64,000 bases of DNA, taken from positions 1 through 64,000 of IMG/VR virus record IMGVR_UViG_3300042987_003051. The stretch is one strand, 5' to 3'. The translations under genes were made by a program, and so were the position numbers. Source of the stretch: a virus. Below the pieces are notes generated by a model that did no database searches, was not told where the DNA came from, and worked only from the letters and a program-made list of their open reading frames with translations. The stretch's first letter is position 1. Every line of letters starts with the position of its first letter. This document shows, piece by piece, positions 14,406-25,219 of this stretch.

Positions 14406-15455
14406 ATGAAAATAGCACTTATTACTGGAATCACCGGACAAGATGGTTCATATCTTACAGAGTTCCTTTTAGATAAAGGATACAAGGTTTATGGAATTAT
14501 TCGTAGAAATTCTACATCAGATTCAACCGATAGAATCAAACAACTTTTGGATAATCCAAATATTCATCTTCGCTATGGAGACTTATCTGATTTTTCAAAT
14601 ATTACTTCTTTGATTCAAGAAACTAAACCAGATGAAATTTATAATCTTGCTGCACAAAGTCACGTAAAGGTTTCTTTTTCAAATTCTCTATATACCACTG
14701 ATATTAATGCAGTTGGTGTAACTAGATTGTTGGAAGCAGTAAGAGTTCTTGGTTTAGAGAATAAAACAAAATTTTATCAAGCATCTACTTCTGAAATGTT
14801 TGGTAAAGTACAAGAAACTCCTCAGAATGAAAATACCCCATTTTATCCAAGATCTCCTTATGGTGCTGCTAAGTTATATGCGTATTGGATAGTCAGAAAC
14901 TATAGAGAATCATATAATTTATTTGCAAGTAATGGGATTCTTTTCAATCATGAATCCCCGCGTAGAGGAGAACTGTTCGTAACACGTAAAATTACCAAAA
15001 CACTTTCTGAAATTAAGGTTGGAATAAAGAAAGGTCCTCTTGAACTTGGAAATATAGACGCAAAACGTGATTGGGGACATGCAAAAGACTATGTTCGTGG
15101 TATGTGGATGATGTTACAAAGTAAAACTCCAGATGACTATGTTTTGAGTATGGGAGAACAACATTCTGTTCGTAATTTTATTAATATTGCTTGTAAAAAT
15201 CTTGGATTTGATATAGAATGGTCTGGTAGTGATATAAATGAAATAGGTGTCGATAAAAATACTGGAAAAATAATCATTCAAATCAATCCAGATTATTATC
15301 GACCAGCAGAAGTTGAAACACTTATTGGCGATTGTACTAAGGCAAAAACTCAACTTGGATGGAAACCTGAATACACATTTCAGCAATTAGTGGAAGAAAT
15401 GTGTGAATATGATTTAAAAAAAGCAATGGAGAAAAAAAATGAGTATGTATACTGA
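14406..15455 (+). CDS. gmd: GDP-mannose 4,6-dehydratase
   Basis: [41 protein letters not shown]. Confidence 0.96.
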   Translation: MKIALITGITGQDGSYLTEFLLDKGYKVYGIIRRNSTSDSTDRIKQLLDNPNIHLRYGDLSDFSNITSLIQETKPDEIYNLAAQSHVKVSFSNSLYTTDINAVGVTRLLEAVRVLGLENKTKFYQASTSEMFGKVQETPQNENTPFYPRSPYGAAKLYAYWIVRNYRESYNLFASNGILFNHESPRRGELFVTRKITKTLSEIKVGIKKGPLELGNIDAKRDWGHAKDYVRGMWMMLQSKTPDDYVLSMGEQHSVRNFINIACKNLGFDIEWSGSDINEIGVDKNTGKIIIQINPDYYRPAEVETLIGDCTKAKTQLGWKPEYTFQQLVEEMCEYDLKKAMEKKNEYVY

Positions 15456-16674
15456 AATTGAATCTTGTCGAGTTAGTAAAGAAAAAGATCTGGTAACGTT
15501 TTTAAATCTTGGAAACCAAAAGTTGACTGGAGTATTCCCTAAACCAAATGAAGAGTTAGAAACTGGACCTCTCGAATTAGTTTGGAGTCCTTCAAGTTAC
15601 CTTGTACAACTTAAACATACTTTTGAACCAACAGAAATGTATGGTGATAATTATGGATATCGTTCTGGACTTAATAATTCCATGGTTCAACACCTTGTCA
15701 ATAAGGTTAACTACTTAGTAGAGTTGTCTAAACTACAACCTGGCGATGTTGTTGTTGATATTGGGTCTAATGACTGCACAACTCTTAAAGCATTTCCAAA
15801 CTATGTCAAACGTATTGGAATTGACCCAACTATTAAAAAGTTTTCTCATTATTATCCAGAAGACATTCCATATGTTGCAGATTTCTTTTCTGAGGAAAGT
15901 TATAGATCTGTAGAAAAAGATAAAAATGCAAAACTAGTAGTGTCTATTGCTTGTTTTTACGATCTTGAGGATCCAATATCTTTTGTGAAAGATATTCGTT
16001 CTATTCTTGATGACAATGGACTTTGGCATTTTGAACAAGCATATCTTCCATCTACTTTAAGATCTCTTTCTTATGATACTGCATGTCATGAGCATATTGA
16101 ATATTATTCCATGCTATCTGTTGAAAATATTCTTCGACAAGCAGGAATGAAAATTGTTGATGTTACTCTGAATGATATTAATGGTGGAAGTTTTGCAGTT
16201 ACTGCATGTAAAGATACAAACACTTCTATTGAGGTAAATCATTCGGTTATTAACTGGTTGATTGATGAAGAATATAAAATGGGTCTTCATACCGCAAAAC
16301 CTTATTTTGAATTTGCTCAAAGAACGTATGAGCATCGTGATTCTCTTGTAAATCTTGTTCGTTCTTTGCGAGCAGATGGCAAAACAATCTATGGTTATGG
16401 TGCTTCAACAAAAGGCAATGTTCTCCTTCAATGGTGTGGATTTACGTCAGATGATATTACCGCAATTGGTGAAGTCAATTCTGATAAATTTGGATGCGTA
16501 ACTCCCGGAACAAATATTCCTATTATTTCAGAAGAGGAGGTTAAAAATAATAAACCTGATTACTTGATCGTTCTTCCTTGGCACTTTAAAAATGGAATTG
16601 TTCAAAGAGAAAAGGAATATATGAATTCTGGTGGTAAGTTTATTTTTCCACTTCCTTACATCCAAATTATTTAA
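15439..16674 (+). CDS. NDP-sugar C-methyltransferase (SAM-dependent)
   Basis: [25 protein letters not shown] and LPWHF motifs. Confidence 0.85.
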   Translation: MSMYTEIESCRVSKEKDLVTFLNLGNQKLTGVFPKPNEELETGPLELVWSPSSYLVQLKHTFEPTEMYGDNYGYRSGLNNSMVQHLVNKVNYLVELSKLQPGDVVVDIGSNDCTTLKAFPNYVKRIGIDPTIKKFSHYYPEDIPYVADFFSEESYRSVEKDKNAKLVVSIACFYDLEDPISFVKDIRSILDDNGLWHFEQAYLPSTLRSLSYDTACHEHIEYYSMLSVENILRQAGMKIVDVTLNDINGGSFAVTACKDTNTSIEVNHSVINWLIDEEYKMGLHTAKPYFEFAQRTYEHRDSLVNLVRSLRADGKTIYGYGASTKGNVLLQWCGFTSDDITAIGEVNSDKFGCVTPGTNIPIISEEEVKNNKPDYLIVLPWHFKNGIVQREKEYMNSGGKFIFPLPYIQII

Positions 16675-16680
16675 TTTATA

Positions 16681-17652
16681 ATGAAATATTCAAAAATTGT
16701 TATTTGGGGTCACCCATTATATTCACATACTCATTCTTATGTTCATGATGCTTATTATAGAGCATTTAAACATTTAGGATATGATGTATATTGGTTTCAT
16801 GATAAAGATTATCCTGAGGATTTTGATTATACAAACTGTCTTTTTATTGGAGAGGGATTTGCTGATGAAAAACTTCCAATAAATGACAGTAGTTGTTATT
16901 TGATCATGTACTGTCCATCGCCAATTAAATATCAAAATGCTGGAAGGTATATTGATATTAGAATGGCAGCAGTAGATTTTAAAGACCATATTCAAGAATA
17001 TTCTTTAAATAAAGAAACTGTAATTAAGTTGGGACCTGCATGTTATTTTGAACCAAAAACTGCTAATAAAGTAAGAGTAAAAAATGATTATGTAGATTAT
17101 GAAATAGATGATTATGATAAAGTTTATATAAGTTGGGCAACTAATCTTCTTCCCGATGAATTTGAAGAGGAAGATATCTATCTGGAAAGAGAAAACTCAA
17201 TTTATTATTGTGGAACAATTTCTCCTCATGGTGAATGTGAAAATTATTCTACATGGGAACCTTTTATCAAAACATGTCAAGAAAATGGAATTAGATTTAT
17301 TCATAACGATCCTTGGTCAAATCCACTTTCTATGGGGGATGTTATTGTAAGGACTCAAAAATCACTTTTGGGAATTGATATTAGAGGACCACAGCATTTA
17401 AAACAAGGATTATTGACTTGTAGGGTATTTAAAAATATGAGTTATGGGCATCTTGGTCTAACAAACTCAAAAGCAATTTTTGAAGAACTTGAAGGTAACT
17501 GTATCTTTAATGAAGATACGAAACAACTTTTTTATGATGGAATGAAGAATAAAGATAATTACATCTTGATTAAAAAAGGTATGCAGTATGTAAAAGAAAA
17601 TCATACATATGTAAATAGGATTGAATCAATCTTAAGTATTTTGGAGGAATGA
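16681..17652 (+). CDS. Glycosyltransferase-like protein (GT-B)
   Basis: C-terminal RVF...HTYVNRI pattern; cluster context. Confidence 0.6.
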   Translation: MKYSKIVIWGHPLYSHTHSYVHDAYYRAFKHLGYDVYWFHDKDYPEDFDYTNCLFIGEGFADEKLPINDSSCYLIMYCPSPIKYQNAGRYIDIRMAAVDFKDHIQEYSLNKETVIKLGPACYFEPKTANKVRVKNDYVDYEIDDYDKVYISWATNLLPDEFEEEDIYLERENSIYYCGTISPHGECENYSTWEPFIKTCQENGIRFIHNDPWSNPLSMGDVIVRTQKSLLGIDIRGPQHLKQGLLTCRVFKNMSYGHLGLTNSKAIFEELEGNCIFNEDTKQLFYDGMKNKDNYILIKKGMQYVKENHTYVNRIESILSILEE

Positions 17653-18266
17653 AAATGTATTTTTATGGCGGAGCGTTTCAGGATCAATTTGTAGCAAAAC
17701 TTTTAGATTTTAAAAAAAATGGTTATTGTGTAGATATTGGTAGTTGTCATTCTATTAATTTCAATAACACTTACACTTTTCAAGAACTTGGATGGACCTC
17801 AGTAAGTGTTGAAATTAATAGTGAGTATAATAATTCTTATTATAGTAGAAAAAAAGGAACTCATTATAATGAAGATGCATTAAAAATTGATTATAAACAA
17901 GCATTTGAAGAAAATGAATTTCCTTCAAGTATTGATTATTTGTCTTTGGATGTAGATACTTTATCGTTGGATGTTTTGAAGGTCCTTCCTTTTGACAAAT
18001 ATACTTTTAAGTGTATTACAATTGAACATGATGCATACATTTACGGAGATACTTATAGAAAAGAGCAAAGAGAAATATTAAAAAATCATGGATATCGTTT
18101 ATTGTGTTCAAATGTATTAGTTCCTGAACCAGGACATCAAGGATATAATGGGGAACCTTGTCCATTTGAGGATTGGTGGGTATACCCAAGTGATTTTGAT
18201 AAAGAAGTATTAGATAATATTGAGTGTGATATGTGTCATCCTATGAATATTATCTCTAAAATTTGA
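17649..18266 (+). CDS. FkbM-like methyltransferase
   Basis: QDQFV...VDIG...IDYLSLDVD...ITIEHD...EDWW. Confidence 0.78.
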   Translation: MKMYFYGGAFQDQFVAKLLDFKKNGYCVDIGSCHSINFNNTYTFQELGWTSVSVEINSEYNNSYYSRKKGTHYNEDALKIDYKQAFEENEFPSSIDYLSLDVDTLSLDVLKVLPFDKYTFKCITIEHDAYIYGDTYRKEQREILKNHGYRLLCSNVLVPEPGHQGYNGEPCPFEDWWVYPSDFDKEVLDNIECDMCHPMNIISKI

Positions 18267-18278
18267 TTGAGTTTGTAT

Positions 18279-19103
18279 ATGAGTAAATTAAAATGCTTGC
18301 TAATTGGAAATTGCCAGAATGATGGATTAATGCATTATTTGTCTCTTAGCAAAGAATTTTCTGAGACATATGATATGAAGCATTATACAAATTGGCAATT
18401 GATAAGAGATAATTGTGAAGTTCCGATGAATGATATTCAAAATGCAGATTTATTCATTTATCAACCTTTACGAATAGTTCATGGATGCTACTCTACTGAT
18501 CCTACTGTTGAAGGATCTATTGGGTCTTATGTAAAAGATAGTACTATTAAAATAGCATATCCTTATATCTTTTCTTCTTCTATGTGGCCACTCGTACAAA
18601 AAGGAAAAAATATAAACATATGGTTTGGTGGTGAAGTAATTGATAATTTACTTTCTGAAGGGTTATCCAGATATGATATTATTAATTTGTATCTTAAAAA
18701 TGAAATAAAGTGGGACTATAAAAATAGATTTAAAAAAAGTATACAAATTTTAAAACAAAAAGAAACAATAACAGATATTAAGGTGTCAAATTTTATAGAA
18801 AAAAATCTTTTAGACAAACTTTTATTTTTAATACCACAACACCCAACTAGTGAAGTATTTTTATATGTCACTAATCAAATTTTAAAAAAGTTAAATATGA
18901 AAGAACTTGCTGAGGATATAATTAAAACAGTAAATGATAGAAATATTCCAGACTCTACTTATGACCATCCATCAGGAATGCACCCATTACATGAATCTTT
19001 TATAGAGGAGTTAAATTTAAACTACGGAACAGAGTATCTATATGACTCTAAGGAATTTTACTTGCAAAGAATAATGACATATTTGAATTCAAATGGGATT
19101 TAA
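18279..19103 (+). CDS. WcbI-like polysaccharide biosynthesis protein
   Basis: GNCQ, DLFIYQP and LF...HPT motifs. Confidence 0.72.
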   Translation: MSKLKCLLIGNCQNDGLMHYLSLSKEFSETYDMKHYTNWQLIRDNCEVPMNDIQNADLFIYQPLRIVHGCYSTDPTVEGSIGSYVKDSTIKIAYPYIFSSSMWPLVQKGKNINIWFGGEVIDNLLSEGLSRYDIINLYLKNEIKWDYKNRFKKSIQILKQKETITDIKVSNFIEKNLLDKLLFLIPQHPTSEVFLYVTNQILKKLNMKELAEDIIKTVNDRNIPDSTYDHPSGMHPLHESFIEELNLNYGTEYLYDSKEFYLQRIMTYLNSNGI

Positions 19104-19151
19104 TTCTACCGTAAAGTATAATAACTATTAGAAAACAATCTGAAATTTATA

Positions 19152-19913
19152 ATGATGAAACATGTAGGATTTTTTTATAGTTGCTTTAAAGAAAAAAGAG
19201 CAACAGAATATTCCATCCAACAATTAAGAAATATCTATCCTGATTCTTCAATATACTTAGTATCTGATGGTGGTTTGGATTTTTCATATCTGGAAAATGA
19301 ATATGAAAATTTAAAAACCTCATTAGAGGAAGATACTATGGGCGATACATTTAATATTACTGCAGGTTCAACGGGATGTGATTATATTGTTGGTAACTAT
19401 AGAGAAGAATTTTACCAAAAAGCAATAAAAAAATGTGCTTATGCTATTTTAGATAGAATTGTAAGATCTATTGAATATTGCAATTATCCAGATTGGATGG
19501 TAATGTGTGATCCAGACTGTTTGATACGGGGGAAGTTAAATTTTCCTGAAAATGCAAAAATACTAGGTAGTAGAGTAAATTGTTGTTTACCTCAAGGATA
19601 TCAAAACTTACTAAGGAGCATTCCTGGAGCAGTTCCAATATCTAACTGGGGAGCATCTCCTTGTGTTTTTGAAGTAAAAACTTTTTTAAAGGCATTAGAA
19701 AAGTTTAGGTATCTTGACACTACAGAGAATCTTTTGGATAAGTTATGTTTAGAATTTTATGCGATGTATGCTCATGATGTTTTATTTCCAACATTATTTG
19801 CTTTAATCGGAGAAGAAGAAGTTTTTAATTCTGATGTGGTAGAATGTACAAGAAACCCAAATTGGAAAAACACTTTGCATCCATTAGTTCATCAATTTAG
19901 AGAATATTATTAA
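19152..19913 (+). CDS. Glycosyltransferase-like protein (GT-A)
   Basis: LVSDGG and DPD (DxD) motifs. Confidence 0.6.
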   Translation: MMKHVGFFYSCFKEKRATEYSIQQLRNIYPDSSIYLVSDGGLDFSYLENEYENLKTSLEEDTMGDTFNITAGSTGCDYIVGNYREEFYQKAIKKCAYAILDRIVRSIEYCNYPDWMVMCDPDCLIRGKLNFPENAKILGSRVNCCLPQGYQNLLRSIPGAVPISNWGASPCVFEVKTFLKALEKFRYLDTTENLLDKLCLEFYAMYAHDVLFPTLFALIGEEEVFNSDVVECTRNPNWKNTLHPLVHQFREYY

Positions 19914-19915
19914 AT

Positions 19916-20734
19916 ATGATAGGTTTTAATCATCTTGGGCAAATGGGTAGACTTGGAAATCAAATGTTCCAGTGTGCCGGTTTAGTTGGAATTGCAGAAA
20001 AGAGAGGATTTGATTATTGCATTCCTGACCATTCAATGTACCATGATTATGGTGGATATCGATATCATGAACTTCAATCTTGCTTTAAAATGAAAGATTT
20101 TGAAGGTAGATATGGATATGTTGATGGTAATATAGTTCAATTAGATCAATATCATTTTTGCGAAGAACTTTTAGAGGAATGTCCAGATGATTGCACTTTA
20201 ATTGGATATTTCGAATCTGAAAAATATTTCAAACATATTGAAGATAAAGTTAGAAAAAACTATCAGTTCCTGGATTCTATAGTAGAAATATGCTATAATT
20301 ACGGTAGGGATTATTTAAAAGATAATCCTGTAGGTGTTGTTGTTCGTAGAGGTGATTTCCTTGCAGAACATAATAAAAATAGACACAGTGTTTGTAGTAT
20401 TGAATACTATCAAAAATCTCTAGAAAAATTTAAAGGTAGAACAATTTTAGTTTTTTCTGATGATATTCCTTGGTGCAAGTCACAAGAAATATTCCAAAAT
20501 AAAAATATTTTTTTTATTGATGGAGAAAAAAAAATATTCAAAGGACATTTTGATATGTGTTTGCTTACTATGTGTTCTGATTTTATCATTGCCAACAGCA
20601 CTTTTAGTTGGTGGGGTGCTTGGTTGTCTTCTAATAAAGAAAAAAAAGTTATTGCTCCCCAAAAATGGTATGGTCCAGAACTACAACACTTAATACTAAA
20701 GGATCAATTGCCCGATAACTGGGAAAGAGTTTAA
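19916..20734 (+). CDS. Alpha-1,2-fucosyltransferase (GT11)
   Basis: GRLGNQMFQ, VRRGDF, VFSDD, ANSTFSWWGAWL. Confidence 0.9.
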   Translation: MIGFNHLGQMGRLGNQMFQCAGLVGIAEKRGFDYCIPDHSMYHDYGGYRYHELQSCFKMKDFEGRYGYVDGNIVQLDQYHFCEELLEECPDDCTLIGYFESEKYFKHIEDKVRKNYQFLDSIVEICYNYGRDYLKDNPVGVVVRRGDFLAEHNKNRHSVCSIEYYQKSLEKFKGRTILVFSDDIPWCKSQEIFQNKNIFFIDGEKKIFKGHFDMCLLTMCSDFIIANSTFSWWGAWLSSNKEKKVIAPQKWYGPELQHLILKDQLPDNWERV

Positions 20735-20736
20735 TT

Positions 20737-21540
20737 ATGAAAAATATTACAGTTGTTACTGCCCTTTACAATATTCAACGGCAGGATATGGATGGAAGAA
20801 AGTGGGATGAATATCTTGAGTGGTTTATCCAAACTCTAAAGTTAAATTGCCCTATGGTAATATTTGTTGAGGAAGAACTTCTTGACTTTGTAAATCAATA
20901 TAGAAATTCTTATAATACTCAGATTATTGTGCAAAAAATTGAAGATATTCCATACTACTATTTGAAGGAAGAAATGGATGCAATCCTTCAATCAAAAGAG
21001 TATAAAGAAAAAATAGGATGTCCTGATAGAATTGAGTGTAATTATTCTTTATACTCGATAATACAGTATTCGAAATTTAAATGGATTGAAGAAGCGATTT
21101 GTGGTAATTACTTCGACAGTGACTATTATTTTTGGTTGGATGCTGGTGCCTCCAGATTCTTTAAAAATTTTGATTTGAAATCAAGTTTTCCTGGAAATGC
21201 TGCTTTAGAAGCATTATATGATATTGGAGAAAAATTTTTGATTCAGTTAAATACCGAAACCTATCATGATCTTGTATATTCTGAAGAGTTGAGTAAAGAA
21301 TATTTTTATGATCCAAGATCATTTGTTTGTGGTACTTTTTTTGGTATGCACAGAAATATTCATTCCACTATATTAAATCTCATTGAAAAAATATTCATAA
21401 ATGATATGATAAAAAATAAAAATGTAAATAATGAACAAATTGCTTTAGCCTATTTGGTTAAAAATAATCCAGAACTTTTTGTAATTTTTTATAGAAATAA
21501 CTGGAAGCAGATTGCTTTATTTGAGGAGATGATAAAATGA
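20737..21540 (+). CDS. HtrL/YibB family glycosyltransferase
   Basis: TVVTALYNI, SKF, FWLDAG, EQ motifs. Confidence 0.75.
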   Translation: MKNITVVTALYNIQRQDMDGRKWDEYLEWFIQTLKLNCPMVIFVEEELLDFVNQYRNSYNTQIIVQKIEDIPYYYLKEEMDAILQSKEYKEKIGCPDRIECNYSLYSIIQYSKFKWIEEAICGNYFDSDYYFWLDAGASRFFKNFDLKSSFPGNAALEALYDIGEKFLIQLNTETYHDLVYSEELSKEYFYDPRSFVCGTFFGMHRNIHSTILNLIEKIFINDMIKNKNVNNEQIALAYLVKNNPELFVIFYRNNWKQIALFEEMIK

Positions 21541-22505
21541 AAATTTGTTTAGTTGGTCCTGGTATTATGCCGATCCCTCCTACTGGATGGGGTGCTGTTG
21601 AATCTATTATTTGGGAATGTGCTAATGAATTATCTGAGTTAGGGCACGATGGTATGATATTAAATACGCCAGATAAAAATGAGATTATATCAACAATTCA
21701 AGAAGAGCAATTTGATTTTATTCATATTCACTATGATGTTTTTTGCGATTTGATACCTGAAATTAAAAAAGTGTCTCCAAACTCTATAATTGCGTTATCA
21801 TCTCATTATCCATATATCAATCAGTTTGAAAAACACCGACTTGATGGATATGATAAAATTTTTGATTGGATGCTATCTAATAGCAACAGTTATTATAATT
21901 TTTGTGTTTCTGATAAAGATCTGGAGGTCTTTGCATCCAAAGGAGTTTCGAAAAATCAGTTGCATTTGTTTAAAACAGGAGCACAGCATAGAGATATAAA
22001 ACAGATTTTAACCCCAAAATACACTGATCGTTCAATATGTGTGGGTAAGATTGATAGAAGAAAAATGCAATATTTTTATCAATCTATAGACACTATTGAT
22101 TTTGTTGGTCCTATTGGTGATCCCTATAATTTTGATATCAATAAAAATTATTTGGGGGAGTGGACAAGAAAAAAAATATGTGATAAAATAGGCGAATATG
22201 CTAATATTGTTTTACTTTCTGTTGGGGAAAATGGAACACCTTTAGTAATCAAAGAGTCTTTGATGTCTGGTCTTGGTGTAGTGACTTCTGAATATTGTGC
22301 ATATGAGTTAGATATTAATTTACCATTTATTACTATTATTCCTTCCGATAAATTAAATGATTTAGAATATATCAGATCTTCTATAGTTGAAAATAGAAAA
22401 ATATCTCTTACTATGAGAGAAGAAATTATTGAATATGGAATTGAAAACTTTTCTTGGAAGAAATTAATTGAAACTTATTCGAAAAATATTGCTGAGTTAA
22501 AATGA
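21537..22505 (+). CDS. Glycosyltransferase (GT4-like)
   Basis: PIPPTGWGAVE; E-x7-E region. Confidence 0.8.
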   Translation: MKICLVGPGIMPIPPTGWGAVESIIWECANELSELGHDGMILNTPDKNEIISTIQEEQFDFIHIHYDVFCDLIPEIKKVSPNSIIALSSHYPYINQFEKHRLDGYDKIFDWMLSNSNSYYNFCVSDKDLEVFASKGVSKNQLHLFKTGAQHRDIKQILTPKYTDRSICVGKIDRRKMQYFYQSIDTIDFVGPIGDPYNFDINKNYLGEWTRKKICDKIGEYANIVLLSVGENGTPLVIKESLMSGLGVVTSEYCAYELDINLPFITIIPSDKLNDLEYIRSSIVENRKISLTMREEIIEYGIENFSWKKLIETYSKNIAELK

Positions 22506-23494
22506 AAATATCTATAATTGGTCCTGGTATTATGCCTATTCCTCCAATAGGATGGGGTGCTGTAGAAATTTTGATATGGGACTACAAACTAACACTTGAA
22601 AAACTAGGACATCAAGTTCAAATTGTAAACACTCCTGATTTGAATGACGCTATTGCACAAGTAAATAATTTTAATCCAGATTTTGTCCATATTCAATATG
22701 ATGATCATGTATACTTATATCCACATATAGATTATCCATGTGCAGTAACGACTCATTTTGCTTATCTTGAGAGAATTGAAATGATGGGTCCATATAAACA
22801 AAGGGTATTTGATGCATTTTCTCAGATAAAACCAAATATCTTTGGATTATCTGAGAGCATCAACTTTGTTTATGAAAATACTTGTAATATTTCTTCTGAT
22901 AAATTATTTTTAAATCCAAATGGAGTTAATCTTGACAACTTTAGAACTTCTTTAGAACCAAAGTTCCCTCAGAAATCAATTTATCTTGCTACCATAGATC
23001 ACAGAAAGAGGCAGTTCTTATTTCAAGATATTGAATCTGTCTGGTATGCTGGAAATATAAGGGATGATAGATTTGATAAAGATAGAAATTATTTGGGCGA
23101 GTGGAATAAAGAGTATCTGTACAATAACCTAACCGACTATGGAAATTTAATTCTTCTTTCTGATGGGGAAGCACATCCTCTAGTTTGTATGGAAGCTTTT
23201 GCTGCTGGACTTGGTGTGGTAATATGTGAATGGGCTAAAGCAAATCTTGATCTAAGTAAGAAATTTATTAGTGTTATTCCAGAAGATAAAATAGATGACA
23301 TTCAATATATTGAAAATCAAATCATAAAAAATAGAGAATACTCTATTAAAAATAGGAAAGAAATTTTAGAATATGCTAAACATTTTGAATGGTCTCAAGT
23401 CATACAAGATTATTACTTACCTAATGTTGAAAAAATAATTTCTAACTATGAAAATAAACAACAAAATTTAAAAACTCTAGTTGGAATTTTTTAA
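22502..23494 (+). CDS. Glycosyltransferase (GT4-like), paralogue of the upstream gene
   Basis: PIPPIGWGAVE; EAHPLVCMEA. Confidence 0.8.
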   Translation: MKISIIGPGIMPIPPIGWGAVEILIWDYKLTLEKLGHQVQIVNTPDLNDAIAQVNNFNPDFVHIQYDDHVYLYPHIDYPCAVTTHFAYLERIEMMGPYKQRVFDAFSQIKPNIFGLSESINFVYENTCNISSDKLFLNPNGVNLDNFRTSLEPKFPQKSIYLATIDHRKRQFLFQDIESVWYAGNIRDDRFDKDRNYLGEWNKEYLYNNLTDYGNLILLSDGEAHPLVCMEAFAAGLGVVICEWAKANLDLSKKFISVIPEDKIDDIQYIENQIIKNREYSIKNRKEILEYAKHFEWSQVIQDYYLPNVEKIISNYENKQQNLKTLVGIF

Positions 23495-24283
23495 ATGAAA
23501 ATAGCAATTAACTTTATTGGCACTGGAAATTACTTAAAGTTTTTTCCGAAATATTATGAGACCTTTATGGAATATTTTATTCCTGAGTGTGAAAAAGATT
23601 TTTTTGTATTTACTGATGGTGAACTGGGTGATGACATACCAGAAAATATCAAAGTTATCTTCGTTACTGAAGAGAGTGATATAAGAAAAGAAGACTATAA
23701 TGATTGGAGCTCCATAACAGTTAAGAGTATGGGGGGTTTAAAAAGATTTGAGCAAATACAAAAAATAAAAGATTATCTATTGGAATATGATTGGTATGTT
23801 TATCTTGATGCTGATATGTATTGTGGTTCAAACACAATTTTTTATGATGAGTTTTTTGATAATCAAAAAGACTTTTTTGCTGTCCAACATCCATGTCAAA
23901 ATACAGGGATGTGTAAATTTACTTCTCCATCTGTTGAAGAACTTCCATTTGAAAGAAATGAGATTTCTTTATCTTGTGTCAGATATGATGAACAAATTGA
24001 TGATATTTATGTTCAGGGATGTTTATGGGGAGGAAAAATACCAAAGATTTTTGACCTTATAGATACTCTATCAGAAAGAGTATCTAAAGATCTAGATAAT
24101 GGATTTATAGCTTTGGCTAGAGATGAAAGTCATTTAAACAAATATAGAATTGAAAATAGTAATAATTTTCATATTTTGCACCCTTCATTTGCTAAACCTG
24201 GAGATTATCCTACAGATCAATTTACTTTTGATGCAAGAATTATACATTCTCCATCCGATAAAATGAAAATTTTAAATTCTTAA
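23495..24283 (+). CDS. Glycosyltransferase family 6
   Basis: IGTGNY, FVFTD, DAD, WGG, DESHLNKY. Confidence 0.85.
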   Translation: MKIAINFIGTGNYLKFFPKYYETFMEYFIPECEKDFFVFTDGELGDDIPENIKVIFVTEESDIRKEDYNDWSSITVKSMGGLKRFEQIQKIKDYLLEYDWYVYLDADMYCGSNTIFYDEFFDNQKDFFAVQHPCQNTGMCKFTSPSVEELPFERNEISLSCVRYDEQIDDIYVQGCLWGGKIPKIFDLIDTLSERVSKDLDNGFIALARDESHLNKYRIENSNNFHILHPSFAKPGDYPTDQFTFDARIIHSPSDKMKILNS

Positions 24284-24285
24284 TT

Positions 24286-25077
24286 ATGGATAAAAATAAG
24301 TCAATATTTAAACTTAAAAATTTTGGTCCCATATATTATTTAAATTTAGATGATCAATCAGAAAGAAGAGAATATATAGAGTCTCAATTTAAACATTGGG
24401 AAATTGACAATTATACTCGTATTTCTGCTTATGATGGTCGTGAAGATGATTTAAGTGATATTATCTCTGGACGTTATCCTGAAATGATGACTTCAGGTGA
24501 AATTGGATGTGTCACTTCACATCTTAAAGCAATTAGATATTGGTATGAAACATCTGATAGTCCATATGCAGTTATTATGGAAGATGATTGTAATATTGAT
24601 ATTGCCAAATACTGGAATTTTACTTGGCAGGATTTTATTTCAAAAGTCCCATATTGTTGGGATGTGATTCAACTTGCAATTATTTGCACTGGAGACATTC
24701 ATGTTCCTATTCATACTCGGTTTGTAAATGATTTTTCGACTGCTTGTTATGTAATTACTAGACATCATGCAGAAAAATTAATTAAATATCATGTTCGCGG
24801 AAAAAAATATAAACTTGATAATGGAGTAAAACCTAGACCAGTTGCTGATGATTTAATTTATAATTCTGGAGTAACATATGCATCTCCATTATTCCTTTAT
24901 CAAATTGAATTAGGATCTTCAATTCATCCGGAACATGTTGATATTTTTCATAAAAATAGTTATAGTGCAATTCTTAATTTTTGGCAACAAATGGGCGCTC
25001 AGATGACCATAGAGAAGATTACAAATTATGATCCATACCTTGGTCGTATAACCGAATCTTCTTCACAATCTACTTGA
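24286..25077 (+). CDS. Glycosyltransferase family 25
   Basis: YLNLD...RR, GEIGC...SH, IMEDD. Confidence 0.85.
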   Translation: MDKNKSIFKLKNFGPIYYLNLDDQSERREYIESQFKHWEIDNYTRISAYDGREDDLSDIISGRYPEMMTSGEIGCVTSHLKAIRYWYETSDSPYAVIMEDDCNIDIAKYWNFTWQDFISKVPYCWDVIQLAIICTGDIHVPIHTRFVNDFSTACYVITRHHAEKLIKYHVRGKKYKLDNGVKPRPVADDLIYNSGVTYASPLFLYQIELGSSIHPEHVDIFHKNSYSAILNFWQQMGAQMTIEKITNYDPYLGRITESSSQST

Positions 25078-25219
25078 CAATACAATATAAAGATGATAGG
25101 ATAAATAAACCGAGTGACAAATGCCTCAACTACTTGCTGTAGTCACTTGAATCAACGGAGTCATGTCGAGACTCCTTACATCCGCAGGTATTATTCTGCG
25201 AGAAACTATAGAGGTACTT

